Origin: Phoronis australis
Lineage: Eukaryota; Animalia; Phoronida
Assembly (NCBI GenBank): GCA_002633005.1
Contig: NMRA01000048.1
Location: 920,479-984,478 of the forward strand
DNA: 64,000 bases
Reading direction: 5' to 3'
In this document: positions 52,922 to 64,000 of the stretch, piece after piece
Layout of the letters: each line of letters begins with the position of its first letter
Position numbering within the stretch: the first letter of the stretch is position 1
Notes under the pieces: model-generated
What the model was told of the DNA's origin: nothing
Database searches by the model: none
The model's input: only the letters and a program-made list of their open reading frames with translations
Translations under genes and position numbers: made by a program

Positions 52922-55900
52922 ATGGGGGAAGGAAGCGACGACAGCACACCCAAAGTCCCGCGTCTTGCGAGAGCAATGATGAAACTAGAGGACATGGTTA
53001 TGGGCCCTGTAGATTGGGTTAAACGTAAGTTAGAGAGGCTAATATTCTGACTGACTCTGTTGCAAAGTGCAAGGCTAACTAAACTGTACATGGCTTGTGC
53101 GGCTTGTGGACTAAGTTGTGCTAGGCAACACGTAGCCCTTCGGTTGGCCGGTTAGGGGCTACAATTTTTTATACGTTTTTCGTCCTGTGTATTTTAAATG
53201 GTAGGCCAAATCCGGTCACCTCATCAAAAATACATTCCACGCTTAAAACATGACTTAAAAAAGCGCTTACTTTCTTCACTTCACTCAGTCAGTTCAGTGG
53301 TCCCTTCTACTGGCACTGGGCGGATATAGCGGTCCCTGATTTAGAGAACCAGTTTCATCCACTAAGTAACGAGCCATTATTCAGTGAATGCCTGGTTCTC
53401 TAAATCCGGGACTACCATATCCGACCAGTGCCCTTTCTACTTGCTATACACATAGGCGGATTCGGGGGGGGGGGGCTCAGGAGGCCCGGGCCCCCTCCCC
53501 CCTTGGCTGCCGCAAAAAATAAAACACCAAGAGTGTAGGGAAATGTTGAGTTTAATAATTAACCCCGGTAATTAAAATTATACGGCTGAAACCAGATTTA
53601 AATGTGTGCAGTTTTAGTGTTTGGGGTGGGCTCAGATCCAATTTCAAGTGTCAAATTCGGAACACGGCGCAATCGTAACGGAACTATGGCTAAGTATAGG
53701 CTCTCTCGCGATATCCCAGGCGACCAGCAGTGGTGCTGGGCACTATGACTCTGTTTCCGTCGTCTGCTCCACTGGGCAATGAAGAAAATTACTTCATTTT
53801 TTAAAGAAAATGGAATCTTTGTGATGATGAAAAAACAGAAGCTGCTGGTAAGATGTCAATTTTAATCGAAGCCTTAGCGATTCACTCAAAAACTCATAAT
53901 TCTTTCTTTGTCAAACCTTAACTTAAGATGATTTCCAAATGAATCGCGTCATTATTGCCAACACAAAAAAACAGGATTTGGTCTTTTGGGCAATTGAAGA
54001 CTATTTTAAATACAACAAATTTGTTTCGAACTGATTGCACTAAATATAAAACATGTAATAAGCATTACAAAAAGAAGGTTTCGCTCGCAAACGCTGTGAA
54101 CCATAAACACGTAGGTAGTAGTAAATTCCTTCCAGCTCAAACAAATAGCAAACTTTTTTTCGAGCTATCCCTCGTTCAGTTGTCAAAATTATCTACAAAG
54201 TGCAATGCAAGTGCAATCATCTCGACATCAGTCACTGGCAGAGCAAGAGGCCAGGGGCCCGTTCCAAGAAACTGACTTAAGTTCATTTTTGACTTAAGTC
54301 TAAGCTTTGTCTTAACTTCCAATCTTTGAAACTTCCACATCCGGTAAGTTTGTCAAAATTAAGACAAAGCATACGTCAAACACTTAAATTAAGCCTAAGA
54401 TCTCTCCCTTGAAATGAATTTGAGACAAATTTAACTTTTATTTTAAAATTTAGTAAAATTTAAGAATTGTCTTAGCTAAGTCAGTTTTGTTGGAACGGGC
54501 CCCTGTTCTGTAGCGCGTCCACCCACTTAAAGTTAATACAAGTGCACTGCCTTCAGAAAACAAGGTTAAAAAAGGCCCCTATAATCAGTGTAAAACAAGC
54601 TCGTGCCATTCAATTATATTAGTTATTTCTGTACCAAATTTACGACAGTTTCTTGCAACAATCTTGTCGTGCATATCGTATCGTAGTGTACTTCCAACTT
54701 CATAGTAGTCATTGTCGTTGCTCAAGGTAGTTGAAAATTTAAAGCTACGTCGGACGCCATCTTGGATCTCTAAGCAAACTAGGTACAGACTAGAGAGTGA
54801 TCGCAAGTGCTCGTCTTCGCTAAAATGTGTTTAAGAAGCAAGCGAGCACCTTCTTACCTAATTGAACAGTCTTAGTCATAGTCACCACTGCACTAGCTAC
54901 TCACTGGTGATGAGTTGAAGTAGGACTGTCTCAGATTATACAGAGACACTTGAATCTCAATGTATTTACCTACAATGCTGCATCATCTGTCAAGCATAAT
55001 TCTGGCCTTGTTTTGGTGCCATTGGAATTTCTTATTTTATTTGTTTGTGCTGTGCTTATTTCATTATTTTTCTCGACTGCGTAATTAATTATATTCGACC
55101 TTCAGCAAAATGCTACTGCTGTGGTATGGCCTGGGACTACAAAGGGTGAAAGTTGGATAAACTTGAGAAGTGATGGTGGATGCAATATTTTGTAACATGA
55201 ATCCTAGAATCAGCCTAACATTACTAAAATGAGGCCAATGTAAAAATGCATTTTCTTACCTACACCTGTTATGATTTGTAGCCAACTGGACCAGTGGGCT
55301 GTGTCTTTAGTCTCAGACTTGCTCTCGTGTTTCTGTCGAATTCCCTCATCCATCTTATGACAAGTTTTGTATAGGTAGAAAAGGGCTTTAAATGATTGAC
55401 TACCAGTCACACTCCTGGGCTCAGACAAGTGAAATTGGCAAAGCATTACTTTAGAGCTATGTATAGATTACCACGATCATCTGTCCAACACATTGTGTCC
55501 TAAATGGATGAAATTCTGCTTTTATGAAATATGAATGTATTTTTCAGGTGATTGGAAAGTTTGTTATATGCTGAATCTGTTTCAGACTCTGTTGTGGAAC
55601 CCATGCGAAGTAAAAATAAACAATACTACTATCACAGGAAGATGAGGAGGGTGCCCACTGTAGACGAGTGTTACACAGATGATTTTCCTTGCATATTCGA
55701 AGCTGAGGAACAATTCAAGAGGGATAAGTGTGTATTATTATATCTAGTGGAATAAATGGTTGTGACTAAATTTTATACTGTTTTCTAGTAAATAATAAAG
55801 AAGTATATGTTTATATAGGTTACATGCTGACATCTTTTCCATCTACACGCCATGAAAATAATAGCTGTTTTGTGTAGTTATTTCACTTGTCTCAGGCAGA

Positions 55901-57648
55901 TCTTAGAATTTGGTGGGCAAAATGTAGGGTTTCCTAAAAATGTAATCACGATATTTATGTAATGACTGGGAACTAAGTTTCTGTAAGAAATTGTAATATT
56001 CTGCATACGTTTATTTTTTATTTCATGACCGTTATGCAGAACAGTGCATAAAGAATAGTATGTGAAAGTTTCATATGAATTTGGTCAGCCATTTCTGAGA
56101 TGTGTGTTCCAAAGTTGGCCAAATTTGGAATTTTTCTAGGGTCGTACTGTACCTTAACTTGTCTGAGAATGGGCATCCTGTCTTTGTGTAGCAACTGATG
56201 TTAAGTCTGAGCGATAGTGACAATCGTATTTGTATCTCTCTGGCCTAGCATTTTTTCCTATGACAGCTGAGCTGTAATCTTAGTACAAGACCCTCTTTTG
56301 TTCCAAGGAGATATAAGCGAAAGAATAGCTGCAGTTAAAAATGTTATCAGTAGCAGTTCTTTATTCCTTTATTCAAGTGCAAATTTGATGTTTAAACTGT
56401 TTCATAAATGTGATTTGGTTTAGAGTTGTTCTTGGCTTTCGTTTCAGGAAAGTGGATGCCAATATACTCAACATATTACGTCAGCGCAAGATGGAGTGCA
56501 TGTTTTACTACGGCCCTGACGCTGACACCAAGTGTACAAAGGTGACAGAAGATTACGAGCTGGCCGCCGCCAACCACTTTGCAAAGTGTGAGTATGGCTT
56601 AATCATACTGCGGCAGTTATGTAATGTCAACAATAATTTGACACGCTCATGCAAGTAAAATTTAAAATAAAATCTTAGAAGAGGAGAAAACATTCGTAAA
56701 TATGTAGTTGGTTATAATGTGTATTTTTAATGATCCTCTTGATTTTACCTGATAATGTCTAATGTTTTTTATTTCAATATTATTACTGTTTCATGAATGT
56801 TTCTAAAGGCAGGAATTAAACATGTTTGTTTGGGATTCAATTTGGGTCCTTGGGATGGTCAACACATTTATGTTTAGTAGAAAAGCTCATTGTGAGCGAG
56901 AGGTCTTTTCATACTCTGTAGAGCCTTCACATTTGCACAGTGATGGCATCCCACTGTGATACAAGTTAACATCTTATAAGTAAGAATTAGTAGTTTTGTT
57001 ACACACCATAAATTGGTCACATTAGGCCCAAAAAAGCTAAGTTGATTCTGGTCTTCGATGACTCATTTCGAGACCTGTGCTCACTGACTAAAAAAAATTG
57101 TCCATCTGCCTCAATTTCAGCCAAGGTTTTTGTGTGTTTTTTGAAAAGCGGCTCAAAGTCACTTAAACAAGGGCAAGTAAGGTTTGCCAAGCAGTGAGTA
57201 AAAAATCCTGCATCATTTTTGCTCATCTCTTGTAGATTTTCTTTTTTGAAAAAGTAAGCAACTAAAACAATAGTACGCTTGAGACTCGATTTTCAAAAAA
57301 TACAGAGAGACCAGAACCAATTACGCTTCCTTTAGCCTTACATGACCTTGAGTTTAAATTTAAAAAGATCTCTGTCCCGACTGGGGCTGGAACCCGAAAC
57401 TTTCTTAGTTTATACCAGCACAATTATATGCAAGTTGGCATCTTATCGTAACAAGGAAATGTGAGTTGCGAGTCTTAACTCTTAATCTGTGGCTCCCTCT
57501 AGTGTCCATGTTTGTTACAGATGGTGATTTAGGTGCTCTGCCTCGTGTTATACAGGCCTACATGAAGCAGAAACATCAAATGTTATGGGAAAGGCGACAC
57601 AAGATGTCATTAGTTACTGGACAACCCATTGACGTGCAGGAAGATTAG
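52922..57648 (+). CDS. NDUFB10: NADH:ubiquinone oxidoreductase subunit B10 (PDSW); exons 52922-53024, 55586-55727, 56448-56587, 57521-57648
   Basis: YYYHRKMRRVPTVDECYTDDFPCIFEAEEQFKRDKKVDANILNILRQR...C...YGDLG...AYMKQKH. In-phase GT-AG introns. AATAAA at ~57677 and ~58327. Confidence 0.93.
53312..53432. mobile_element. Palindromic MITE with ~40-bp arms and near-perfect 9-bp TSD (Mutator-like by TSD length)
   Basis: ggcactgggcggatat...ttagagaaccag / ctggttctctaa...atatccgaccagtgcc. Flanks ccttctact / ctttctact. Confidence 0.75.
53451..54116. mobile_element. hAT-like element family A, copy 3, 3'-truncated
   Basis: Starts CATAGGCGGAT and is colinear with 7700-8290. The right end is absent. Confidence 0.85.
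54255..54502. mobile_element. PIF/Harbinger-like palindromic MITE
   Basis: TIR gggcccgttccaa...aaactgactta / taagtcagttt...ttggaacgggccc with CAG/CTG (CWG) flanks. Confidence 0.75.
57023..57340. mobile_element. MITE-like element with imperfect TIRs
   Basis: taggcccaaaaaagctaagttgattctggtct / agaccagaaccaattacgcttcctttagcctta. Confidence 0.5.
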
Positions 57649-58190
57649 ATTAGTTCATTAATTCTGACTTTTGGTAATAAATCAATGCATTACTCTCAAG
57701 GCTTAACCCGTTACCCATTTGGACATGCCATTGGCCAGTTTTAGTTGTTATGGGGACCATTTATTCCCATAGCCTGCATATGTATGCCAGGCTTTGTATC
57801 ATGTTCAAAGAAATCAATCAATGGTGACCAGACACCACATTTGGTATTATTAGATGTCCAAGTTGGAAGATCTAATTTTGGCTTCTATCTCAAATTGTAG
57901 AGGAATTCTATTGCCATAGACATACAATGCCCGTTATCTATTCAAGTGCACTGTCTATTAAATAATAATATGATAATGTTACACTGCCCTGTGCATTTAT
58001 AGTGCGATCCATACCAACCGTGCTTGTACTTGTTTCAATTAGCTTTATGAGCCACATCATTTCTTAAGGTCTAGTGGTTGACATAACATTCACCAGGGGG
58101 CGCTAATGAAGAAAGGTTCCTCTTTCATTACTTAAACAGATGATGAGCATTAAGAGTTTCTATGGACTAATAGTCCCACATTAATACTAC

Positions 58191-58255
58191 ACAGGACTGC
58201 ATGCATCTCTACAAGACTGCATGCATCTCTACAGGACTGCATGCATCTCTACAGG
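58191..58255. repeat. 20-bp unit x3
   Basis: acaggactgcatgcatctct repeated. Confidence 0.9.
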
Positions 58256-59516
58256 AATTAGTTATTGTAGTCACCCATTGTGGCGTAACAAAGAGTGGTT
58301 GTTTTTGCGTGTGGAGTTGAAGTCGGAAAAATGATTGGATATTAGAAATAAAATGTGTTTGGAGATAAACTGTACGTTATTTGTTTAAGTTTGGTGCCTT
58401 AGTATTGGGTCAGAGAGAAACAACTGAAAAACAATTTTGATATAAGATATGGTTTTAACAACAAAAATAACTTTATTTCCGAACAACAACACATGACAAC
58501 AATAAAACATATTTCAGTAAGTAGTTGATTACCTACAAAATCACAGTTTTCATTTGTTAATAATGTTCATTCAACTTAAATGTGTTGAAATACTGACAAT
58601 TTAAAGACTATGTGAAAACAAACCTCCAAATACCACACATAGAAAGTTTTGGTAGTCTCAAACACAGATATTTGAAGTGAACACAAAACAATTGCACAAA
58701 AGTACCATAATTATCTCTTGCCACCTGCAGCTTGCAAAAATCTTACTAAAAGCAGAAACTGACTATCAAGGATAACGCAAGACTAGATTCTCAAAAAACA
58801 TGCCATTCCATTATGAACCTGTTTAAATTACACGATTTTACTACCTGGACATAAAACCCAAGTAATACCTAATACATAAATTTCCTTCTGACCACGTTCA
58901 ATAATAATCTATAGTAACCTGCAAGTGAACATGCCATTGCAAAAGTTTGACTGCTTTAATGTCTGAGTGACACTGTACATGTACTGTACACAGGTTACTG
59001 GTCCCTTAGTGTCTACCAATGAGGTTAATAGCAATAAAAATGTGTTCAATGATTTGGTATACATGTTTGTGTTTCCAAATTGTGCCAGTTTTATTGAACA
59101 CTTAAACATGTGCAAGTTGGACATGTGTAAGTCAGTTTTCATTTAACTTGGACTGAGTTCTGCTAATTCTGGTTAATATGCAGTTAGCTCTTCAGACAAG
59201 TACAATCTACACTTAATGTCTCGGTCTAGTTACATAGGACTTACAATTATGTATTAAATGTAGTCACAAGCAATTGCTTTTGCAGCAACAAAGCTCTATC
59301 TCTTGCTGTTTTCTGAATTAGGAATTGAGAGTCAAAGACTGCATTTTTCAAAAAAAGTAGTGATAGACGGTCACAAGAGTAACATGCCAGTGCCACAATT
59401 CCTGGGGTACACTCTTGTTTTTTGAAGCAAGCATGGAGTCCCCTACAGAGCAGCAGGGAACTACCGTGACAAGAAACAAAAACTTCATGTCTGAGTACTA
59501 AATACGCATTACTACA

Positions 59517-59736
59517 GTGTAGTGTCTGACCAATGGGGGTTACATGTTGTGCATGTAGTGTCTGACCAATGGGGGTTACATGTTGTGCATATAGTGTCTG
59601 ACCAATGGGGGTTACATGTTGTGCATGTAGTGTCTGACCAATGGGGGTTACATGTTGTGCATGTAGTGTCTGACCAATGGGGGTTACATGTTGTGCATAT
59701 AGTGTCTGACCAATGGGGGTTACATGTTGTGCATGT
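59517..59736. repeat. 36-bp minisatellite x6
   Basis: gtagtgtctgaccaatgggggttacatgttgtgcat repeated. Confidence 0.96.
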
Positions 59737-60827
59737 GGAATTGTAGGAAATACAATATGAAAAATGAGCAAGCAAGACTAGGTCAAAGAAGCATACCATG
59801 GCAACTTAGACAGAAACAAGTACAGGAGATGATTCTGTCTCTTATCACAAACCAAATAAAATGCACTACAATTTCTTGCACAAGATAGTAGTCTCCAATG
59901 CTACAAATTCAGCCACACTTCAGTGTTTGTAATGCTTGTGTATCCGGTGTCCAATAATACAGCTACATCTGTCCCAAATTTAAAACACTTATTTTGGATT
60001 AATTCTTTATGATGGTCAATCCAGTAAACAGAAGTTTAAAGCGACACAAAATCTAATTTAATTTAATTTAGACAACCTACCAATACAAAATTGATCTCAA
60101 ATTGACCCTTTGTTAAATTGTAGGTGATTTCAGACCTTCGAAAGAACTGGCAATTTGTTATTACTCGAGACTAAGCTCTACAGACTGTAAGGTCTCAAGG
60201 AATAATGAACTTGGTTCTCATAGAAATCACTCCTCATCTGAGCAAGGAACTTGAGACAAGTTGTATAGTGGTAAGGTGTCTAAATGAAGTTTGTTTCTTT
60301 GATCAAATGTAGGTTTACAGCCACTTCAGAGTACGGTAAAATCTCACGAATGTTGGGCAAAAATACTTGCAGAAATTTGTCTTTTTTCATTGTTCAATGT
60401 CTTCTAACATTCTAATGAATGCCATAGTTTGTCGGAATCATTGTCTGACCGTACCTAAGGTATAGAAGCTTAAAAATAATAAAGAATTTATTTGGTATTA
60501 CTTGTCTTTTATGAAGAAAATAGAATTCCATTTGTCTGCTATATTGTGTCCTAATTGACGAGATTTTATGATGTATTAAAACAGAACCACTACTATCCCC
60601 CATGGATGTGGTGAGGTGATAACAGACTTTATTAGAGTGAGTGCTGTCCATTCAACCAATGCTTTTAATCTAGTACAGGAAATGAAGCTAATGTTCTCAG
60701 ATTTTGTCAGAACTGATTACCCTGACAACAAAATCTTTCAGTACTAAGACCAATTACAATGTGCTGCGGAGCTGTATGTTGAAAACATTCCAAAAGCAAA
60801 AAGCGTGACATCTGGACCTAGGGGAAA

Positions 60828-61095
60828 ATGTCAGCCGGAATACCTACAGAATGTCACGCCGGAATACCTACAGATGTCACGCCGGAATACCTACAGAATG
60901 TCATGCCGGAATACCTACAGAATGTCATGCCGGAATACCTACAGAATGTCACGCCGGAATACCTACAGAATGTCAGCCGGAATACCTACAGAATGTCAGC
61001 CGGAATACCTACAGAATGTCTGCCGGAATACCTACAGAATGTCAGCCGGAATACCTACAGAATGTCACGCCGGAATACCTACAGAATGTCACGCC
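60828..61095. repeat. ~23-25-bp minisatellite x~11
   Basis: atgtca(c)gccggaatacctacaga repeated. Confidence 0.95.
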
Positions 61096-61634
61096 AATGA
61101 CACTATTTCAATCAAGCCTGTGAAATGAGACGCGCAAATAAAGGCATGTATTGTGAAAAGGAGAGAAAACATGCAGTCATGCATTTAACAAAACATGGGT
61201 ACGTAAATATAATCACTTAATTGAAAAGCGGCTTCAAAAGCGAGATGTTCAAGCCAAAAGTGGGACAGTTGACAGCTAAGTAGCATGTCCCACATGTAAT
61301 TCAGGGATTGCACAGATTATGCATCACCATTCTTTACTGTGACAGTCACAGTACAGAATGGATGCACAAAATTTGTCACTGCATGTCAGGATACACAATG
61401 ATCACTACAAAGCATGGTACAGCATTGGCTCATCTTAGTTATAACACGTTGCAGTACACACTGTTTTACTTTGTCTGTGGCAGCACTGTTTTATCACAGA
61501 AATTAATACGACCACCTAACAGTCACCTCTTCTCTATTTCTTTGAACCTCTCTTGTTTTCACTTGATATGTATTTTTCACCTTTGTCAGGCTGCAAGAAA
61601 TAAAACAAAATCATGGGGTCAATTAAATTCATGA

Positions 61635-61750
61635 TCTCATCTGCTGTACATATAATACCTCCTCTCATCTGCTGTACATATAATACCTCCTCTCATCTGC
61701 TGTACATATAATACCTCCTCTCATCTGCTGTACATATAATACCTCCTCTC
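61635..61750. repeat. 28-bp unit x4
   Basis: tctcatctgctgtacatataatacctcc repeated. Confidence 0.95.
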
Positions 61751-62004
61751 AAGTTGTCAATAGACAAAGAAGAACATTGTATTAAGTGGTCTTTCAATAA
61801 TTACCAAAATGTTAAAGTTTATGCTTTTGCATTAATCACAACTCAGGAAGTTAATCATGCACAGCAGTAATTTAAAATTCTTTAGCCACTCAAGACCTTC
61901 CCTCGTGAATTTTTTCATGGATGTGATATCAATAAATGGCAACATTTGGCCAACAGTCTGGTGTTTCATAACATCATAGACTTTTTGATTAATGAAGCTG
62001 CAAT

Positions 62005-62293
62005 AAACATACTTCCTGTTCATTACGTACCATTCTCTGGACTATAAACATACTTCCTGTCCATTACGTACCATTCCCCTGGACTATAAACATGCTTCCT
62101 GTTCATTACGTACCATTCTCTGGACTATAAACATACTTCCTGTCCATTACGTACCATTCCCCTGGACTATAAACATACTTCCTGTCCATTACGTACCAAT
62201 CCCCTGGACTATAAACATACTTCCTGTCCATTACGTACCATTCCCTGGACTATAAACATACTTCTTGTTCATTACGTACCATTCCCCTGGACT
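62005..62293. repeat. ~41-bp minisatellite x7
   Basis: taaacatacttcctgtccattacgtaccattcccctggacta repeated. Confidence 0.95.
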
Positions 62294-62305
62294 GTTAAAA
62301 GCTGC

Positions 62306-63253
62306 CCAAGAAATGTCCAACATCATAATCTGATCTAGTATCACGTTTGACTAAACTTGACAAGCCTATTGTGTTGGTACACAATGCTGTCAGTGGTAGT
62401 AAACGAGTCAGAGCTTACAGTCACACAATGGAATCAGTCGGTGAAAATTAACTTAATTTCTCTAGAAGTCAACCATTTTTCACCGTTCAAAGTTTTTTTG
62501 ATAATAGTATTTCTTTCAAAACACTTCTTTTTCACATTTGTTGAACATTGTTTGGAAATAGTATTTTTGAATATCGGTTAACGTCAGACGCATTGTTTAC
62601 AACATAATTGCTGGAATACGTGAACTGATCAGATGACCACAATGAGAGAGCTGGACTATGTCAATATTGGTTAGCCAACTTTCTCCCCTTGCTATCACTA
62701 TTAAACTCGTTACGAACCCGCGCAGAGGAATGAGTATCCCGATTGACTGGTCGGCCAATCGGGATATAGCCCTGTCATTTTCAGTTTCAAAGTGGCAAAC
62801 CAATGTTTACATAGTCCAGCTCTCTTGTCTGCTTTCATCCAGCAATTATGTTGTAAATAGCGCACCTGACTCTAACCGATATTTAAAAATACTATTTGCA
62901 AATGACTTTCAACAAATGTCGTGAAGTAAATGAGTTTTGTATGAAATAGTTGCACCAAAAAACTTTGAATGGAGAAGAACGGTTGACTTTCAGAGAAATT
63001 GGATGCAACTTTCACCTGCAGATTCCTTTGAACAACTGTAAGCTCTGACCAGCTTAACCACAGTATTGCATGCCAACACAAACGGCTTGCTTGTCAAGTT
63101 TAATCGAGCGTGATACTAGATTAGATCGTGATAGTGGAAATTTCTTGATTTTTACACTCCAGGAGAATAGTATGTAAAGTGATAAGGACATGGCTGTATC
63201 CCAACCAGCCGATCAGTGAAATCAGGATACTCATCCCACAGCGCGGTGTGTAA
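62306..63253. mobile_element. Family B repeat (+) interrupted by an inverted family B copy (~62710-63150)
   Basis: Both copies align to 31660-32122. The host copy resumes at ~63176 and ends ggtgtgtaa. Confidence 0.8.
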
Positions 63254-63474
63254 CCCAAAAACAGGGTAATGAATAGCTGGGAAAATAATCAGTGTTACTT
63301 ACTGGGAGTATTTTGAATGAGCATGTCAGGTCCTCAGACACAATCATAACGCCAGCGGCATTGTCAAATTCCCCGCAATAATTCGGAGCACTGAACAGTG
63401 TCACTAACTGAAATTAAAATGTTATATTAGATAGTAGTGAATTTGTCAATTGTTTCCCGTGTGATACTTCTCAA

Positions 63475-63659
63475 AGAGAGAGAGAGGGGAAGGAGGGGAC
63501 GGAGAGAGAGGGCGGGAGGGAGAGCGTGGGCAGGAGGGATATCGTGCGTGAGAGGGAGAGGGCAGGCAGGAGGGAGAGGGATCGGAGGGAAGAGCGGACA
63601 GAGGTAGAAGGCAGGGAGATGGGGGCAGGGAGAGGGGGAGGGAGGCCGGGGAGATGGGC
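63475..63659 (+). repeat. G/A-rich low-complexity polypurine tract
   Basis: gagagagaggggaaggagggga...; many GGG runs. Confidence 0.85.
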
Positions 63660-64000
63660 ACAACTTGCCTTGCTGTTAGTAAAACCAGGAAGAGATAACC
63701 AGGAAGGGACAACTGTTTTAGCGCATTTTAACGTATTTTCAAAGGTGATTTCAAAAGTAAATGTTAAAGTAGTCTGGAATCCAAGCATTGTGTTTGAAAG
63801 CTTAACTCTTTAGCTATAAAATGACACCACTTTTGTCCCCAAAGACTTCATATTAATGGCACTGGGATGCTTTGAACATGACTTGTTTTACCCTTCCAAA
63901 AGATGCCTCTTCCCAGGCATGTACTCGGGCACGATCCTCTTTTTTGAACCAACAGATGTCACTAATATATGCAAATGAGGCTCGCATCGTCTACGTCATA

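Noticed and set aside
58450-64000. Protein-coding gene in the distal region
   Set aside because: No ORF with recognisable protein character. The ORFs derive from repeats or the purine tract. At most it is the 3' UTR of a minus-strand gene outside the window.

Overview
Eukaryotic (invertebrate, probably lophotrochozoan; inference) AT-rich genomic DNA with GT-AG introns. It holds five recognisable protein genes: the last coding exon of an actin (+), GTF2E2/TFIIE-beta (-, 2 exons), IFT140 (+, about 31 coding exons, one of them probably lost in an N gap), RPL3 (-, 7 exons) and NDUFB10 (+, 4 exons). GTF2E2/IFT140 and RPL3/NDUFB10 are head-to-head pairs. The single GTF2E2 intron carries a decayed DDE transposase gene with a hAT-like MITE nested in it. 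The window also has many MITEs and minisatellites. The most interesting observations are: (1) a GC-rich, structured 144-nt alternative 3' splice-site extension in RPL3 that creates an immediate stop, lies in the intron equivalent to the one used for AS-NMD autoregulation of mammalian RPL3, and has an AG|GTGAG recursive-type junction; (2) RPL3-NDUFB10-IFT140 linkage resembling human 16p13.3; (3) hAT-like MITEs with 5-bp and 6-bp TSDs, one family carrying a tRNA-like cassette; (4) tandem repeats seeded at splice sites; (5) a repeat inserted into a copy of itself in inverted orientation, forming a long hairpin. Exon boundaries were read by eye and no searches were run.
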